Source: an uncultured Pseudomonadota bacterium
GTDB taxonomy: Bacteria > Oederibacteriota > Muellerivitia > Muellerivitales > Muellerivitaceae
Direction of reading: 5' to 3'
Length of the DNA stretch: 64,000 bases
Assembly (NCBI GenBank): GCA_963836235.1
Contig: CAWIIP010000002.1
Location: 864,001-928,000 of the forward strand
Shown: in pieces, positions 1 to 10,266 of the stretch
Layout of the letters: every line of letters starts with the position of its first letter
Numbering within the stretch: the first letter of the stretch is position 1
The notes under the pieces: generated by a model
Told to the model about the DNA's origin: nothing
The model's input: only the letters and a program-made list of their open reading frames with translations
The model's database searches: none
Program-made: the position numbers and the translations under genes

Positions 1-159
1 GCCGTTACCCGAGATTCCATTGTTGAAACCAAAAGTGATGGCGCCGCTCCAGGGATTCTCGATCAGGGCCGAGTTCGGCGCGGTAGGGGGCTTAGGACAA
101 CCCATCATGAAAAGAACCGGTAAGAAAAGCACCGGCAAAAGCCACTTGAACTTTTTCAT
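1..159 (-). CDS. Lipoprotein, N-terminal part (runs off window start)
   Basis: Own translation, not in ORF track: AGGAGG RBS then MKKFKWLLPVLFLPVLFMMGCPKPPTAP...; lipobox-like MMGC; frame open to position 1. Confidence 0.75.
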   Translation of the reverse strand, partial: MKKFKWLLPVLFLPVLFMMGCPKPPTAPNSALIENPWSGAITFGFNNGISGNG

Positions 160-263
160 TCCGCCTCCTAATTCCTTGTATTTTAGACGCCCATCATTTA
201 TTTTTCAGGTTGTTCTTACCTATACTGAATAAGTCAAATAAAACCGAACCACGGAGGAAACTC

Positions 264-857
264 ATGAAAAAGGGATTATGGCTGGCTTTACTGCTGATTT
301 TACCCGGGATGGCCCTTGCGGACGAGGGTGACATTCCCGCCGACCAAAGATGGACCGAGACCGCCGATGGCAGCCTCGCCCTGCCCCTCAGCACCAGTGT
401 GGCCCAAGCCTTCAGCACGGGATTCGGGGGAGACCTTTCCGTGGGATATCGGCTTGATCGCACCTTCACCTTGGCCGTAGCCTCAGGTTATTACCAATAC
501 GATATTTCCAAGCCCACTGCGGGCGAGAGTGGAAATTTTTCTTACGTTCCCCTCATGGGAGTAGCCCGGTTTAACCTGACCCACGAAGCCATCCGGCCTT
601 ATCTCTTCCTGGGCTTGGGCGTGGCCCTTAATTCTTATTCCCAGACTTTCAGTTCGGAAAGTTCCAAGAGCACCCAAACCGATTTCTTGATGGCTCCCGG
701 AGCGGGGGTTTTATTCAAGGTCGCGGACTCCGCCGCCCTATTCCTCCAGGCGAGGGTCGATATGGACTTTACCGGCGCCAACGGGTTTGGTGGGACCAGC
801 AACAGCCCCACCATTTTTATTCCCATCCAGGCGGGTATCGGCTTTTTCGTCAATTAA
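264..857 (+). CDS. Outer-membrane beta-barrel protein (OmpA-like/porin family)
   Basis: GGAGG RBS before ATG 264; signal peptide (ALA|D); alternating beta-strand pattern (RPYLFLGLG); C-terminal strand IPIQAGIGFF. Confidence 0.75.
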   Translation: MKKGLWLALLLILPGMALADEGDIPADQRWTETADGSLALPLSTSVAQAFSTGFGGDLSVGYRLDRTFTLAVASGYYQYDISKPTAGESGNFSYVPLMGVARFNLTHEAIRPYLFLGLGVALNSYSQTFSSESSKSTQTDFLMAPGAGVLFKVADSAALFLQARVDMDFTGANGFGGTSNSPTIFIPIQAGIGFFVN

Positions 858-884
858 TCCAATTTTAGAACAGGAAAACCACGA

Positions 885-2249
885 ATGGCCGCGCTAGTCG
901 ACCCACCCATCATCCGGGCCCGTTATCCCTTTGAGTTCTTTTTTCAGTTTTCCAATGACGCGCTGGGCTTTCTCGCCCGCGCCGCCCGGACCCACGGGGA
1001 TATCTGCTGTTTCAAAGTGGGCCCCTGGCGGGCTTACCTTTTGAATCATCCTGACCTGATACAGGAAGTCCTCAGCGTTCAGCCCCAGAATTTCCAAAAG
1101 GAACCGGCCCTTCAAATCACCCGGACCATCCTGGGGGAAGGCCTCTTGACCAGCGAGGGAAATCTCCATAAACGCCAGCGTCGCCTCATCCAGCCCGCCT
1201 TCCACCGCCAAAGGGTGGCTTCCTACGCCGAAATCATGGTGGAAAAGGCGCAGGGCCTAACCCGGGAATGGAAGGACGGCCAAACCCTGGATATCAACGA
1301 GGAAATGATGCATATCGCCCTAGCCATCGTGGGCAAGGCGCTTTGCGGCGTGAACCTGGAGGAAGAGGCGGCGGAAATCGACCAGGCCCTGGGCACCGCC
1401 ATGAGGGCCTTTAAGGATTGGATGTACCGCCCCTTCCCCACCTTTTGGCCGAAACTCCCCCTGCCCAAAACCTTAAAAGTGCGAAAGGCCCGCCGCCAGC
1501 TGGACCAAACCGTGTTCCGGATTATTGAACAGCACCGCCAAAGGGGCACGGACAACGGGGACCTGCTTTCCATGATGCTCTTCTCCGAAGAAAGTTCGGA
1601 AGGGGGAACCCGGATGACCGATGCCCAGGTCAGGGACGAAGCCATGACCCTGCTTTTGGCCGGCCATGAAACCGTAGGCAACGCCCTGACCTGGACCTGG
1701 TACCTGCTTTCCCAAAACCCCCAAGCCGAGGCCAAGCTTCACGAAGAATTGGGCAGGGTTCTAGGCGGCAGGGCGTCCCGCATGGAGGACATTCCCCAAC
1801 TGCGTTATACCGAAATGGTTTTTTCCGAATCCATGCGCCTGCTTCCCCCGGCCTGGGCCCTGGGATACCAGGCCATCCGCGCCACGAAGATAGGGGGTTA
1901 CGACATCCCGAAAGGTTCGGTGGTCAACATGGTCCAATATTTGATGCACCGGGACCCACGTTATTGGGAGGACCCGGAAAAATTCAACCCAGAGCGTTTC
2001 ACCCCTGAGGCCAAGGCCGCCCGCCCCCGTTTCACCTACTTTCCCTTTGGAGGGGGGCCGCGCCAATGCATCGGGGAACCCTTCGCCTGGATGGAAGGGG
2101 TCTTGGTCTTGGCCACGCTGGCCCAACGCTGGGTGCCCCGCCCGGTTCCGGGCTACAAGCTGGAACTTTTCCCTTCCATCACCTTGAGGCCCAGGAACGG
2201 AATGCCGATGGTATTGAAGGAACGCAAGCCTTCCCTGGTGGCGGTTTAA
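885..2249 (+). CDS. Cytochrome P450
   Basis: I-helix LLAGHET, ExxR (ESMR), PERF and heme motif [10 protein letters not shown]. Confidence 0.97.
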   Translation: MAALVDPPIIRARYPFEFFFQFSNDALGFLARAARTHGDICCFKVGPWRAYLLNHPDLIQEVLSVQPQNFQKEPALQITRTILGEGLLTSEGNLHKRQRRLIQPAFHRQRVASYAEIMVEKAQGLTREWKDGQTLDINEEMMHIALAIVGKALCGVNLEEEAAEIDQALGTAMRAFKDWMYRPFPTFWPKLPLPKTLKVRKARRQLDQTVFRIIEQHRQRGTDNGDLLSMMLFSEESSEGGTRMTDAQVRDEAMTLLLAGHETVGNALTWTWYLLSQNPQAEAKLHEELGRVLGGRASRMEDIPQLRYTEMVFSESMRLLPPAWALGYQAIRATKIGGYDIPKGSVVNMVQYLMHRDPRYWEDPEKFNPERFTPEAKAARPRFTYFPFGGGPRQCIGEPFAWMEGVLVLATLAQRWVPRPVPGYKLELFPSITLRPRNGMPMVLKERKPSLVAV

Positions 2250-2255
2250 GAATAT

Positions 2256-2340
2256 CACCCTCATCCCTTCCTTCTCCCGTCAAGGGAGAAGGGGTCACGT
2301 CTCCCTCGCCCCTTGCGGGAGAGGGCCGGGGTGAGGGGTG
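2256..2340. repeat. GC-rich intergenic palindromic (REP-like) element between convergent genes
   Basis: CCCTCATCCCTTCCTTCTCCC..GGGAGAAGGGG and CTCCCTCGCCCC..GGGAGAGGGCCGGGGTGAGGGG form nested hairpins. Confidence 0.7.
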
Positions 2341-2341
2341 C

Positions 2342-2902
2342 TTAAGTCGTTAAAATAAACTCCACCAAACCCAACCATTCGATTTCCTGGATTTTTGCGA
2401 GCGTCCGGTAGGCAGGTGAGTCTGAATCCTCTTGGCGGAAACGGTCGCACAAATCCACGAAAGCTTCCGGCTCCCAGGTCTTGGACTTCTCCATCTTTTT
2501 AACCAGGGATTCGAGTTCTGAAGCCGGATTTTCCTTTAGGTCGGCCAATGCCTTATTTCCAATGCCCTCATATACCTTCGCCGGAGCATGCACCCGGGCA
2601 TACCAGTATTTGGAATTGCCCGCGTCCGGCTCCCGCCTATGCAGAATGGCGTGTAGCCAGTTGCCAATAGGGCCTTCATGGTCTTGGGCGATATTATGGG
2701 CTTCTTCAAAACAATCGAAGCAGAGATAGAGGGCGCTTTGGATGAGCGGGGTCTTGGCGCTTTTCTTGTCCTGTTCGACCAGATCGGCCACCGCTTCCCG
2801 GCCCTTCACCACGGGTTTCCCCCGTTCCAACCGTGTGAAAGGATGGGGCTCCTGTTTCCTCGCCAATTCCATGAGGGTTAATATTTTTGGGGAGTTGTTC
2901 AT
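2342..2902 (-). CDS. Conserved hypothetical protein
   Basis: 186-aa ORF with AHNIAQD..HAILHRREPDAGNSKYW motif; co-oriented with upstream genes. Confidence 0.7.
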   Translation of the reverse strand: MNNSPKILTLMELARKQEPHPFTRLERGKPVVKGREAVADLVEQDKKSAKTPLIQSALYLCFDCFEEAHNIAQDHEGPIGNWLHAILHRREPDAGNSKYWYARVHAPAKVYEGIGNKALADLKENPASELESLVKKMEKSKTWEPEAFVDLCDRFRQEDSDSPAYRTLAKIQEIEWLGLVEFILTT

Positions 2903-2952
2903 CCAAGCCTTCCCATTTCAAATGAATCTCAGACAATTCCAAGCCTAAGACG

Positions 2953-3468
2953 CTATAAAGCCTTTTTCTCAATTTTTCTTATGAAATCGGTCTTGGCCGC
3001 CGCATATTCATTACCGTCGTTAAATTGAGGGGCTAGAAGTCTTTTGAGCTTTTCGTACTCAAAGGCGGCTTCCCTATTGGCGCGAAGATAATCGCGGAAG
3101 GCAAGGTGGCGTTTCCAAAACTCCGTTCCCTGTTCGACAAGATGAATATGATGTTCAAAAACATTCCCCGTTTTGGCTCTTCGAAAATAGCGGCGAAAGG
3201 GAAAGTCGGTTTCATATTTTTGGATGTACTCATAACCCAAGCTGACGATGGGAGCCAGACAATAGTAGTCGGCATCCTGGAGTATTCGGACACCCACCAT
3301 GATGTCAATGACCGGTTTTGCGCCAAGCCCGGGAACAGCGGTGCTTCCGATATGCTCTATACCCAATGCCCATTTGCCCACACAGCTAAGCAAGCGGTCT
3401 TTTTCTTCCTCGAATAGTCCAGGCCAAAGAGGATCGTAATCCACGATAACAATGCTAGGCGCCCCCAA
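2953..3468 (-). CDS. GrpB/UPF0157 family nucleotidyltransferase-like protein
   Basis: IEHIGSTAVPGLGAKPVIDI, FRDYLR, Y..AKT motifs; likely TTG start 3468 after AAGGAG. Confidence 0.9.
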   Translation of the reverse strand: MGAPSIVIVDYDPLWPGLFEEEKDRLLSCVGKWALGIEHIGSTAVPGLGAKPVIDIMVGVRILQDADYYCLAPIVSLGYEYIQKYETDFPFRRYFRRAKTGNVFEHHIHLVEQGTEFWKRHLAFRDYLRANREAAFEYEKLKRLLAPQFNDGNEYAAAKTDFIRKIEKKAL

Positions 3469-3922
3469 TGGACGACTCCTTACTCCATTCCAAGGCCTCT
3501 TCCAACACTTCCTCGGGTAATCCCCATTCTTTGTAACCTTGCTTGACCTGCATCTGATATCCCAGATTAGGCTGGCCGAAGGGCGGGTTTTCCTGGGCCA
3601 ATTGGTAACAGGCCGCCGCCACCTTTTCCCCATCGTCCTTCTCCACCGTCACTTCCAACTTCTGGTAAATCCCTTTCTCGCAGGCCTCGGCCCGGTCTAA
3701 ATATTGGATCATGACCTCGTTCAGTTCATAAAGGGTTCCCGGAACGAAGCGGGTGGGGTCGGGGATCAGGTTAACGACCGGGCCCTTTCGCTCGGTGGAG
3801 TGGCCCATGAAAGCCAGGCGGTAACCCTTGAGAACGGCACGGGTGACAGGAATGTTGCCCATGAGACGCCGTTCCATCTGGGAACGCAGAAGGCTTGAAC
3901 CGTAAGCGAAATAAAGTGACAT
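3455..3922 (-). CDS. Gamma-glutamylcyclotransferase (AIG2-like) family protein
   Basis: N-terminal YFAYGS motif, V.G.LYEL, LD..E. Confidence 0.85.
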   Translation of the reverse strand: MSLYFAYGSSLLRSQMERRLMGNIPVTRAVLKGYRLAFMGHSTERKGPVVNLIPDPTRFVPGTLYELNEVMIQYLDRAEACEKGIYQKLEVTVEKDDGEKVAAACYQLAQENPPFGQPNLGYQMQVKQGYKEWGLPEEVLEEALEWSKESSIGGA

Positions 3923-3943
3923 AAAAACCTCAAAGACAGATTG

Positions 3944-4052
3944 AACCACCAAGACACCAAGGGCACCAAGAAAGGCAAAAAAATAATCTCTTCTAACAAA
4001 TTTTAAAATTTCGTCTTTCGCTGTTCTTGGTGCCCTTGGTGTCTTGGTGGTT
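3944..4052. repeat. Long inverted repeat of CCAAG-periodic family (copy A)
   Basis: AACCACCAAGACACCAAGGGCACCAAGAA (3944-3972) is the exact reverse complement of 4024-4052. Confidence 0.9.
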
Positions 4053-4062
4053 AATCGGGTTA

Positions 4063-4599
4063 TCAGTCGCCGAAAGGCACCGGGGTTTGAACATCACCGG
4101 GGCCCATCAAGGCCCGGGTCGCGGAGATCTGACTGGTAATCGTGATGTGAACGGGAGCGCCATCTTGGCATAGCCGGAAAAGGGCTACCCGGTCTTCTCC
4201 CGGATTTCCAACACCGAGGATCGCCTGTAATCCTTCCCGCGCCAAGTCAAAGTCCTTGGCGAGGCCGATATTGGGAAGCTGTCCCCAAGGAGGGTTTGTT
4301 TGTTGAATAGCCGCGGTCAATTCCCCCCGTCGCGTGTCGTCCCGGGTGGCGACGGTTAGGTAAACCTTCCAATACCATTTGGACGGAACCACCATGGTGA
4401 AAAACCGGCATTCATTGGCCGCCATGACCAAGTCGTAAGTTTTAAAAGGGTCCAGGGGCGTGGGATTGGCGATCGTGCCGGTAATTCCAGCCCTTTGCTG
4501 GAGGTCGGGGGGATGATCGATGCCCATGTCCCGGGCCAACCCCGCGCAGGACGAAAGGGACAAAAGCATAAAAGCCGCCATGAGATATCTTAGTTTCAC
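4063..4599 (-). CDS. Hypothetical lipoprotein
   Basis: GTG start, hydrophobic signal with LSSC lipobox. Confidence 0.7.
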   Translation of the reverse strand: MKLRYLMAAFMLLSLSSCAGLARDMGIDHPPDLQQRAGITGTIANPTPLDPFKTYDLVMAANECRFFTMVVPSKWYWKVYLTVATRDDTRRGELTAAIQQTNPPWGQLPNIGLAKDFDLAREGLQAILGVGNPGEDRVALFRLCQDGAPVHITITSQISATRALMGPGDVQTPVPFGD

Positions 4600-4612
4600 A
4601 AAAAAACCTTTT

Positions 4613-4694
4613 GGCCGCGAATTGACGCGAGTCAACGCGGATGAATTTATTTTTTCTCATCTTCAACAGCGACCATTTACACTAATTCGCGGCT
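4613..4694. repeat. Degenerate inverted repeat (CCGCGAAT type) overlapping the 3' end of the SpoIID gene
   Basis: GGCCGCGAATTGACGCGAGTCAACGCGGAT ... ATTTACACTAATTCGCGGCT. Confidence 0.55.
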
Positions 4695-6826
4695 AGTTTT
4701 TCGACGCTTCCCTTGGGGAAATAGTGGCGTAAAATTTCAGCGCAATCCTTGCCCGCCTCGGCTAAACCATAGCATCCCACCTGGCACATTCCAACCCCGT
4801 GGCCCCAGCCGCCGCCATAAATAATAAAATCCTCGGGCCATCCCTTGGGGTCAAATTGGGGCTCGATCCAGATCAGGTTGCTTCGGATGCCCCCTAAACA
4901 ACGGCGGATGCTGTCCGCCTTGAAAACCTTGTTCCCCGCTTCACCCTCCACTAAAAGGCTGTCGGCCCATCCGGCCGTGGAACGGTGCGTCACGATCATC
5001 CGGCGGATGCGGCCGATCCCCGGGGTTTTCTTTTCGATTTCCGTGGCGGGAATGATCCAAACCCAGCGGTAATTTTGGTAGCCACGCAAAGTATAGACCC
5101 TGCACCAGGCTTCCCGGTCTTCCTTGATCCAGGTTTCCATGCGGGCGGGCGAAAGGGGAAATTCCATGTCCTGGTTATAGCGGGAGTCATAATCTTCCAC
5201 GCCCACCACCGGTGACTTGTAACCCCAGGCTTCCTCGTAATCCTGGGTGTGGCCCCCGCATTCGGCGGAAAAAACCACCGGCATTATTTTCCCGTGGTAC
5301 TTCACCACCAGCCCGGCGGTCTGTCGCACCGCCTCGTTGGATTTCGCCTCCTCGGCCTCCACACCCCGATAGACCTGGTCCTGGACGTTATCGGAAACAT
5401 CGTATCCGTCCTCGTTATGGCGCCCCAGTTTGGAAAGGACGTAAGTCCTCACCACGATCGCCTGGGCCTTCAGGGCTTCCATGGGCCAAGTAGACAGCAT
5501 CTCGGAGGGCAAGACGCCCGCGGTGTAATCCTCCAAGGTCACCCGGTTGATGACGTTGAATCCATTCCCTTGGCGCGGGGATATCTCCAAGAACCCCCGA
5601 TAAGCCCGGTCTTCTTCCCGGGCGAAGAAATAACCCTTGTTGAAAGGCACCGCGTGAAGCAGAAGGGGTTTTGAGGGATCAACGGGAACGATCCAGACGC
5701 GTTGGTCAAAAGTAACGAGGGTTCTTTTCTTTTTATCCTGAATGAGCCATTGGTCCTTGGGCGCTTGGGAGGACTTGCCTCTTTCATAATAAACATCGTA
5801 GTCTTCACCCCCCTTAAGGATGGTTAGGGGTGTTTGAGCAGGAGCCTGCCCTGAGCCAGGTAAACCGGTCGAAGGGGTCATGACCCGCATGTCCGATTGG
5901 CCCCGGAATAGGAGATGCCCCATTCCGGTGAAAATCCCCACACGAATGGTCACCGCGGAAGCCTCGATGGGCTTGGCATTTGAGGGAATCCAATCCTCCC
6001 ATTGTTTTTGGCGTTCCTTCTTGCGCTCTTTGGCCTCTTGGGGTGCGAGCAGGGCCACCCCTTGCGCCTCTTTTTTCAGTTTTAAATCGTCCGGTTCGAT
6101 GGCCATGGCCTGCTCGTATTTTGCCAGGGATTCTCGGTATTTTCCCTTTTGGGCGAGCAACAAGGCCATATAGCGGTGCGCGTACTTGTAACTTCCGTCC
6201 TGCTTCACCACCGCTGTGTAATCCTTTAAAGCCTCCTCCGCATCCCCCAGTGCCCGGGAAACTTCGGCCAACTGCCAAATGGCCATGGCGAAATGGGGTT
6301 GGAGAGCCGTTAAGGTCAAAAGGTATTTTTGGGCTTCCTTGAGGGCTTCCCTGGCCGAAGCCTGGGTTCGAATATTTTTCCATTGGGACTGGTAAAGGCG
6401 CAATCGCGCCAATCCCCAAAGAAGTTCCGGGTCCTTGGGATGTTCCCGGTCCAGTTCCCCCAAGCTTTGGCCCGCGTTGGAAAAATCTCCCATTTGTTCC
6501 TGAGCCAGGGCCAGGGAAACCCGTACCTTCCAATCCTCTTTCTTCACCAGGTAACTTTGGTAGGCGGCAACGGTGCCGGAATAATCGCCTTGGCTCTTGT
6601 CCAGGTCCGCCAATTCCAGCCAAAGATAAAGCTGGCCGGGATTTTCCTCCAGCTCTTGGTGGATGGCTTGGTCGATCTCGGCCGTCTTTCCTTGGGCGAA
6701 AAGCTTGCCGATTTTTAATTGGAACGACTCGGGAAAAACGGGAGAAGTAACCTGCAAAAAAATAAAGTTAACCGCCAAGGCGCCAAGGCGCCAAGAAAAT
6801 CTTTTCCGGCCAGAAGAAAAAAACAT
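4682..6826 (-). CDS. TPR-repeat SpoIID/LytB domain protein (peptidoglycan lytic transglycosylase-like)
   Basis: N-terminal TPR helices; INRVTLEDY..GVLPSEM..WPMEALKAQAIV.RTY, QVY.G, GWGHGVGMCQ.G motifs. Confidence 0.92.
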   Translation of the reverse strand: MFFSSGRKRFSWRLGALAVNFIFLQVTSPVFPESFQLKIGKLFAQGKTAEIDQAIHQELEENPGQLYLWLELADLDKSQGDYSGTVAAYQSYLVKKEDWKVRVSLALAQEQMGDFSNAGQSLGELDREHPKDPELLWGLARLRLYQSQWKNIRTQASAREALKEAQKYLLTLTALQPHFAMAIWQLAEVSRALGDAEEALKDYTAVVKQDGSYKYAHRYMALLLAQKGKYRESLAKYEQAMAIEPDDLKLKKEAQGVALLAPQEAKERKKERQKQWEDWIPSNAKPIEASAVTIRVGIFTGMGHLLFRGQSDMRVMTPSTGLPGSGQAPAQTPLTILKGGEDYDVYYERGKSSQAPKDQWLIQDKKKRTLVTFDQRVWIVPVDPSKPLLLHAVPFNKGYFFAREEDRAYRGFLEISPRQGNGFNVINRVTLEDYTAGVLPSEMLSTWPMEALKAQAIVVRTYVLSKLGRHNEDGYDVSDNVQDQVYRGVEAEEAKSNEAVRQTAGLVVKYHGKIMPVVFSAECGGHTQDYEEAWGYKSPVVGVEDYDSRYNQDMEFPLSPARMETWIKEDREAWCRVYTLRGYQNYRWVWIIPATEIEKKTPGIGRIRRMIVTHRSTAGWADSLLVEGEAGNKVFKADSIRRCLGGIRSNLIWIEPQFDPKGWPEDFIIYGGGWGHGVGMCQVGCYGLAEAGKDCAEILRHYFPKGSVEKLAAN

Positions 6827-6870
6827 TTCTTAATTTTACGTCTTTCTTGGCGTTTTGGAGTCTTGGCGGT
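6770..6870. repeat. Long inverted repeat of CCAAG-periodic family (copy B)
   Basis: AACCGCCAAGGCGCCAAGGCGCCAAGAAA ... TTTCTTGGCGTTTTGGAGTCTTGGCGGT. Confidence 0.85.
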
Positions 6871-6891
6871 AAAAACTTGCCGGATATTTTA

Positions 6892-6932
6892 AAATAAAAA
6901 AGCCCCCTGTAGCGCTTCGCTCCAGGGGGCTT
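6892..6932 (-). terminator. Rho-independent terminator
   Basis: AAGCCCCCTG/CAGGGGGCTT stem followed by a T-tract on the minus strand, just after the 6946 stop. Confidence 0.8.
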
Positions 6933-6945
6933 ACGTTCGAAAGGA

Positions 6946-7446
6946 TTATTTCTTGGCCAGTTCCAGTTTTTTGGCGCTCAAAACCGATTCGTCCCGGGAA
7001 TACCAGTAGCCCGTGTTGTCGATGACTTCCAGGTTGGGCACATAACGCTTTTTCACGTAATCCAAAAGCTTGACCACGGAAACGTGGGTGGCCGAGTCAC
7101 CGGTACGGATGCTGGTGCTGGTATGGACTTGGTGCAGAAGCTGGCGGGTCGCTCCGGTCGGACGCTGGCCCGGCATTTCAGCGGGAGCCTTCTCGTAATA
7201 AATGTGGGACAGGTAACCGTCCTTGTCGAAACTCAATTGAAGGGGGGAGGTACTTTTGTTCAAGGTAACCCGGATGCCGCGTAAGGAAAGGCGGGTCCCT
7301 GGTATCTCACCTTCTTGGGTAAAAACATGGTCCACCATTTCATGCGACCAACCAATGACCTGGGCGATCTCACGGAATTCATCCTGGATTTCTCGGATGG
7401 CTTCCTGGCTTTTAATTTTTCCGAAGTAATGAACCGTGGTGGACAT
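6946..7446 (-). CDS. Hypothetical protein
   Basis: 166-aa ORF with GGAGGGG RBS, followed by terminator. Confidence 0.7.
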   Translation of the reverse strand: MSTTVHYFGKIKSQEAIREIQDEFREIAQVIGWSHEMVDHVFTQEGEIPGTRLSLRGIRVTLNKSTSPLQLSFDKDGYLSHIYYEKAPAEMPGQRPTGATRQLLHQVHTSTSIRTGDSATHVSVVKLLDYVKKRYVPNLEVIDNTGYWYSRDESVLSAKKLELAKK

Positions 7447-7476
7447 CCATCCCCTCCGTGGGACCAGAGCTTCCTC

Positions 7477-7836
7477 TTACCGGTTGACAACCTCAAGTAA
7501 AATCGACATTTCCAACTGTCCGTTTTTCGCCACGACCGGTGGTTTTTCTTCCGGAATGGAACGAAAAAACTTGCGTAAATTCTTTCCGGCTTTGAATGAA
7601 ACTTTTTTATAAGCGGGGAGAGGTATGGTTAAGTTTCGGGCCATATCACGACCCTTTTTACCGGAAACGATTTTTGTTTGAAAGACCCCAAAATCACGAA
7701 TTTCAATTCTGTGCCCGCTTAAAAGCCCTTCCTCCATGGTGGAAAGAAGCCTTTTGACCACCACTTTGGCGTCAGGCAGGGCAAGTTTTGTGGTCTTTGC
7801 GACTTCGCGCACAATATCTTGTAGAACCACCTTCAT
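7477..7836 (-). CDS. HU/IHF family DNA-binding protein
   Basis: IEIRDFGVF, GR...., P..K.VSFKAGK.LR signature. Confidence 0.88.
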   Translation of the reverse strand: MKVVLQDIVREVAKTTKLALPDAKVVVKRLLSTMEEGLLSGHRIEIRDFGVFQTKIVSGKKGRDMARNLTIPLPAYKKVSFKAGKNLRKFFRSIPEEKPPVVAKNGQLEMSILLEVVNR

Positions 7837-7897
7837 ACAATGAATTATAGGCCCGATTTTAGGATAAAGTCAATCTTGCGCCCTGAAATTGTCCTCT

Positions 7898-10261
7898 TCA
7901 CTTTCCACTGGTGAATGGCTTCCATTGTTCCTCAAGAAAAGTCCGGTACCTTCCCACACCTTTCGGACTTATTTCAACTTCGATGGCTCCCTCTTCGGCC
8001 GTGGATAAAACGACGGCTTCCGGCACCATGGATTGGAAGACTAAATGATCGTCCGGATAGTCACGCCAATCGCTTAAAACCACGAATCGGGGCTTGAAGC
8101 CTCTGGCGCAAAGAGCGGGTTCCCCACTTTTACGGCCGTGATGGGGAGCCATGAGCCAATCCACTTTGGGAAAAGGCTGGTTGTCTTTCAATAACTTCAC
8201 CAGCCCGTCTTTTTCCAAGTCACCTGGAAGGATCAGGTTGAATCCCGCGAAAGAAACCTTCGAAACAACCGACCGATTGTTGTCCGCGTGCAGATGAGGA
8301 ACGTACCTATCCGACGGGTGCAGAACGGTGAGTTGGGCCGGATTTAATTCGTTAAGCTGGTCCCCTTCTTTTAAAGCGATTAATCTCACGCCCCGTTTCC
8401 AGATCATCTCCTTGAACTCATGATAAATCCAACTATCCGATTGGGCTTGGGTTCCCTCATAGGCCTGGGAGACAGGATAGGCCGAGAGCACATTCACCAA
8501 CCCGCCTACATGATCCTCGTCGGGATGCGTATCCAGAACCCCCTCCACTTTTTGAATCCCCTTATGCCGAAGGAAGGAAACGACCACGCTGTACCGGTCC
8601 GGACCCCGGGCTTCCTTTCCACCGTCCACAATTAAGGTTTTACCTTGGGGTGACTCCAACACCACCGCGTTACCATGGCCTACAGCGAGGAAAGTGATTC
8701 GAAAAGGTTGGGGTTGAAAGTTTGAAAATCCCCAAGCTGTTCCCGCTGTTAGTAGGAAAAAAAGCCAAGCCCGGATCACCCAACGACGGCCCTTAAGGAA
8801 AAGCCGATGGCGTTGGATCCATTTTTCAGAGGGTTTTTCCGGCCGGGGAGAAGGCCAAAACCAGAAAAAGGTGGCCAAAAGAAGGCCATGAAAAATCAAA
8901 ACCCATCCGAGGGGAGGGGAAGCCACAATCCATTCGGCTTTGGGCAGTTGGGACAACCTATTGGCCAACCATATCAAAAGCTCCAAGGGAGCTTCGCAGG
9001 CTGCCCCAAATAAGTTTCCCAAAATTGGATGGACTAAAGCCCCGGCCAGCAAGGTGAGTCCCCCGGCCGCCGCGAACAAGGCAAGGGGAACAATCAACAG
9101 GTTGGATAAAACGGAATAGAAAGAGAATTGGTTGAAGTCATAAACAATGAGACACCAGACCGCCAGTTGGGCGGCGGTTGTCGCGGTGATCAAGAAAGCG
9201 GCAGGCCGCCATAGAAAAGAAAGTTTTTCCATTATCCAGGGCGCCATCACCATCAAACCCGCGGTAGCCAAAAAAGAAATTTGAAAGGAAAGGTCTTCCA
9301 ACACGAAAGGATTGAAGGCGATGATGAGGGCCGCGGTCGTCATGAGCAACATTCCGCCGTGAACACGCCTCTCAAATAGGATGGCGAACAGCGCCAAAGT
9401 TGAAAAAAGTCCCGCCCGACACACCGGCGGATGGGCACCCGTCATAAAAACAAAGAAAAGAAGGACTACCAGGGTCAATCCGGCCGCCCATTTGCGCTTG
9501 ATCTGAAAGGTTCGAAAGACCAAGAAAAACAGCCCTGCGATAAAAGCCGTAATCATGCCTGAAACAGCGAGGATATGGATCGTCCCTGTTAGAAAAAAGG
9601 ACTCCACCAAGTCATCGGGCAGCGGCGACCTCTCCCCTAGGAGAATTCCATCCAAAAGCGCGTTCTCAGGAAACGGCAGGTAGCGGTAGAGCGCGTTTTC
9701 CGCCGCGCGCTTGAGTCCATAGGACCAGCGTAAGATCGTCCAGCCCTGGAAACCAGGATGGCCGTTTCCGCCTGAAACCTGGCGAACTTTCTCCCATTTC
9801 CCCGGCGCGGCGTATATCAAGTAAGCCACGCCTTTGGTCTTAAGATAATGGGCATAATCAAATTGCCCGGGATTGAGGACCGGCAAGGGTTTTTCGACCT
9901 TCCCTTGAATCCGTAGCACGTCTCCATAAGACAAAATCGGTTGGGTTGTTCGGGGATCAAGGCGGAAAGTACAGCGGGCCTTAACCGGTGGAACCGGACG
10001 GCCGTCGTGGGAAAAAAGGGTGCAAACCGCCCGGACTTCCTTAACAAAAGGCTGGTAAGAATTATTCAGTCGGCCCGTGTCATGGCTTCCGGGATTGTGT
10101 TCGAAGAGAACCTCCGGTTCTTCCGAAACCCATGCGGTGAAAATCCCGGTTTGGGGCCCGGGGAAAACCGCCCGCTGCTTTTCAAAGGCCCATTGTCCCT
10201 GGAAAACGCGGAAAAGAAGGGCGACCGAAAGGACAAAGGCAAACCAATAGCGGTAGGCCAT
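7898..10261 (-). CDS. comEC: DNA internalization competence protein ComEC/Rec2
   Basis: NPGQFDY..YL, G..HILAVSG, SFQISFLAT Competence domain; C-terminal metallo-beta-lactamase fold THPDEDHVGG, APHHG. Confidence 0.95.
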   Translation of the reverse strand: MAYRYWFAFVLSVALLFRVFQGQWAFEKQRAVFPGPQTGIFTAWVSEEPEVLFEHNPGSHDTGRLNNSYQPFVKEVRAVCTLFSHDGRPVPPVKARCTFRLDPRTTQPILSYGDVLRIQGKVEKPLPVLNPGQFDYAHYLKTKGVAYLIYAAPGKWEKVRQVSGGNGHPGFQGWTILRWSYGLKRAAENALYRYLPFPENALLDGILLGERSPLPDDLVESFFLTGTIHILAVSGMITAFIAGLFFLVFRTFQIKRKWAAGLTLVVLLFFVFMTGAHPPVCRAGLFSTLALFAILFERRVHGGMLLMTTAALIIAFNPFVLEDLSFQISFLATAGLMVMAPWIMEKLSFLWRPAAFLITATTAAQLAVWCLIVYDFNQFSFYSVLSNLLIVPLALFAAAGGLTLLAGALVHPILGNLFGAACEAPLELLIWLANRLSQLPKAEWIVASPPLGWVLIFHGLLLATFFWFWPSPRPEKPSEKWIQRHRLFLKGRRWVIRAWLFFLLTAGTAWGFSNFQPQPFRITFLAVGHGNAVVLESPQGKTLIVDGGKEARGPDRYSVVVSFLRHKGIQKVEGVLDTHPDEDHVGGLVNVLSAYPVSQAYEGTQAQSDSWIYHEFKEMIWKRGVRLIALKEGDQLNELNPAQLTVLHPSDRYVPHLHADNNRSVVSKVSFAGFNLILPGDLEKDGLVKLLKDNQPFPKVDWLMAPHHGRKSGEPALCARGFKPRFVVLSDWRDYPDDHLVFQSMVPEAVVLSTAEEGAIEVEISPKGVGRYRTFLEEQWKPFTSGK

Positions 10262-10266
10262 GGAAA

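Noticed and set aside
885-2249. P450 as part of a biosynthetic gene cluster
   Set aside because: No synthase, precursor peptide or redox partner is adjacent within the window
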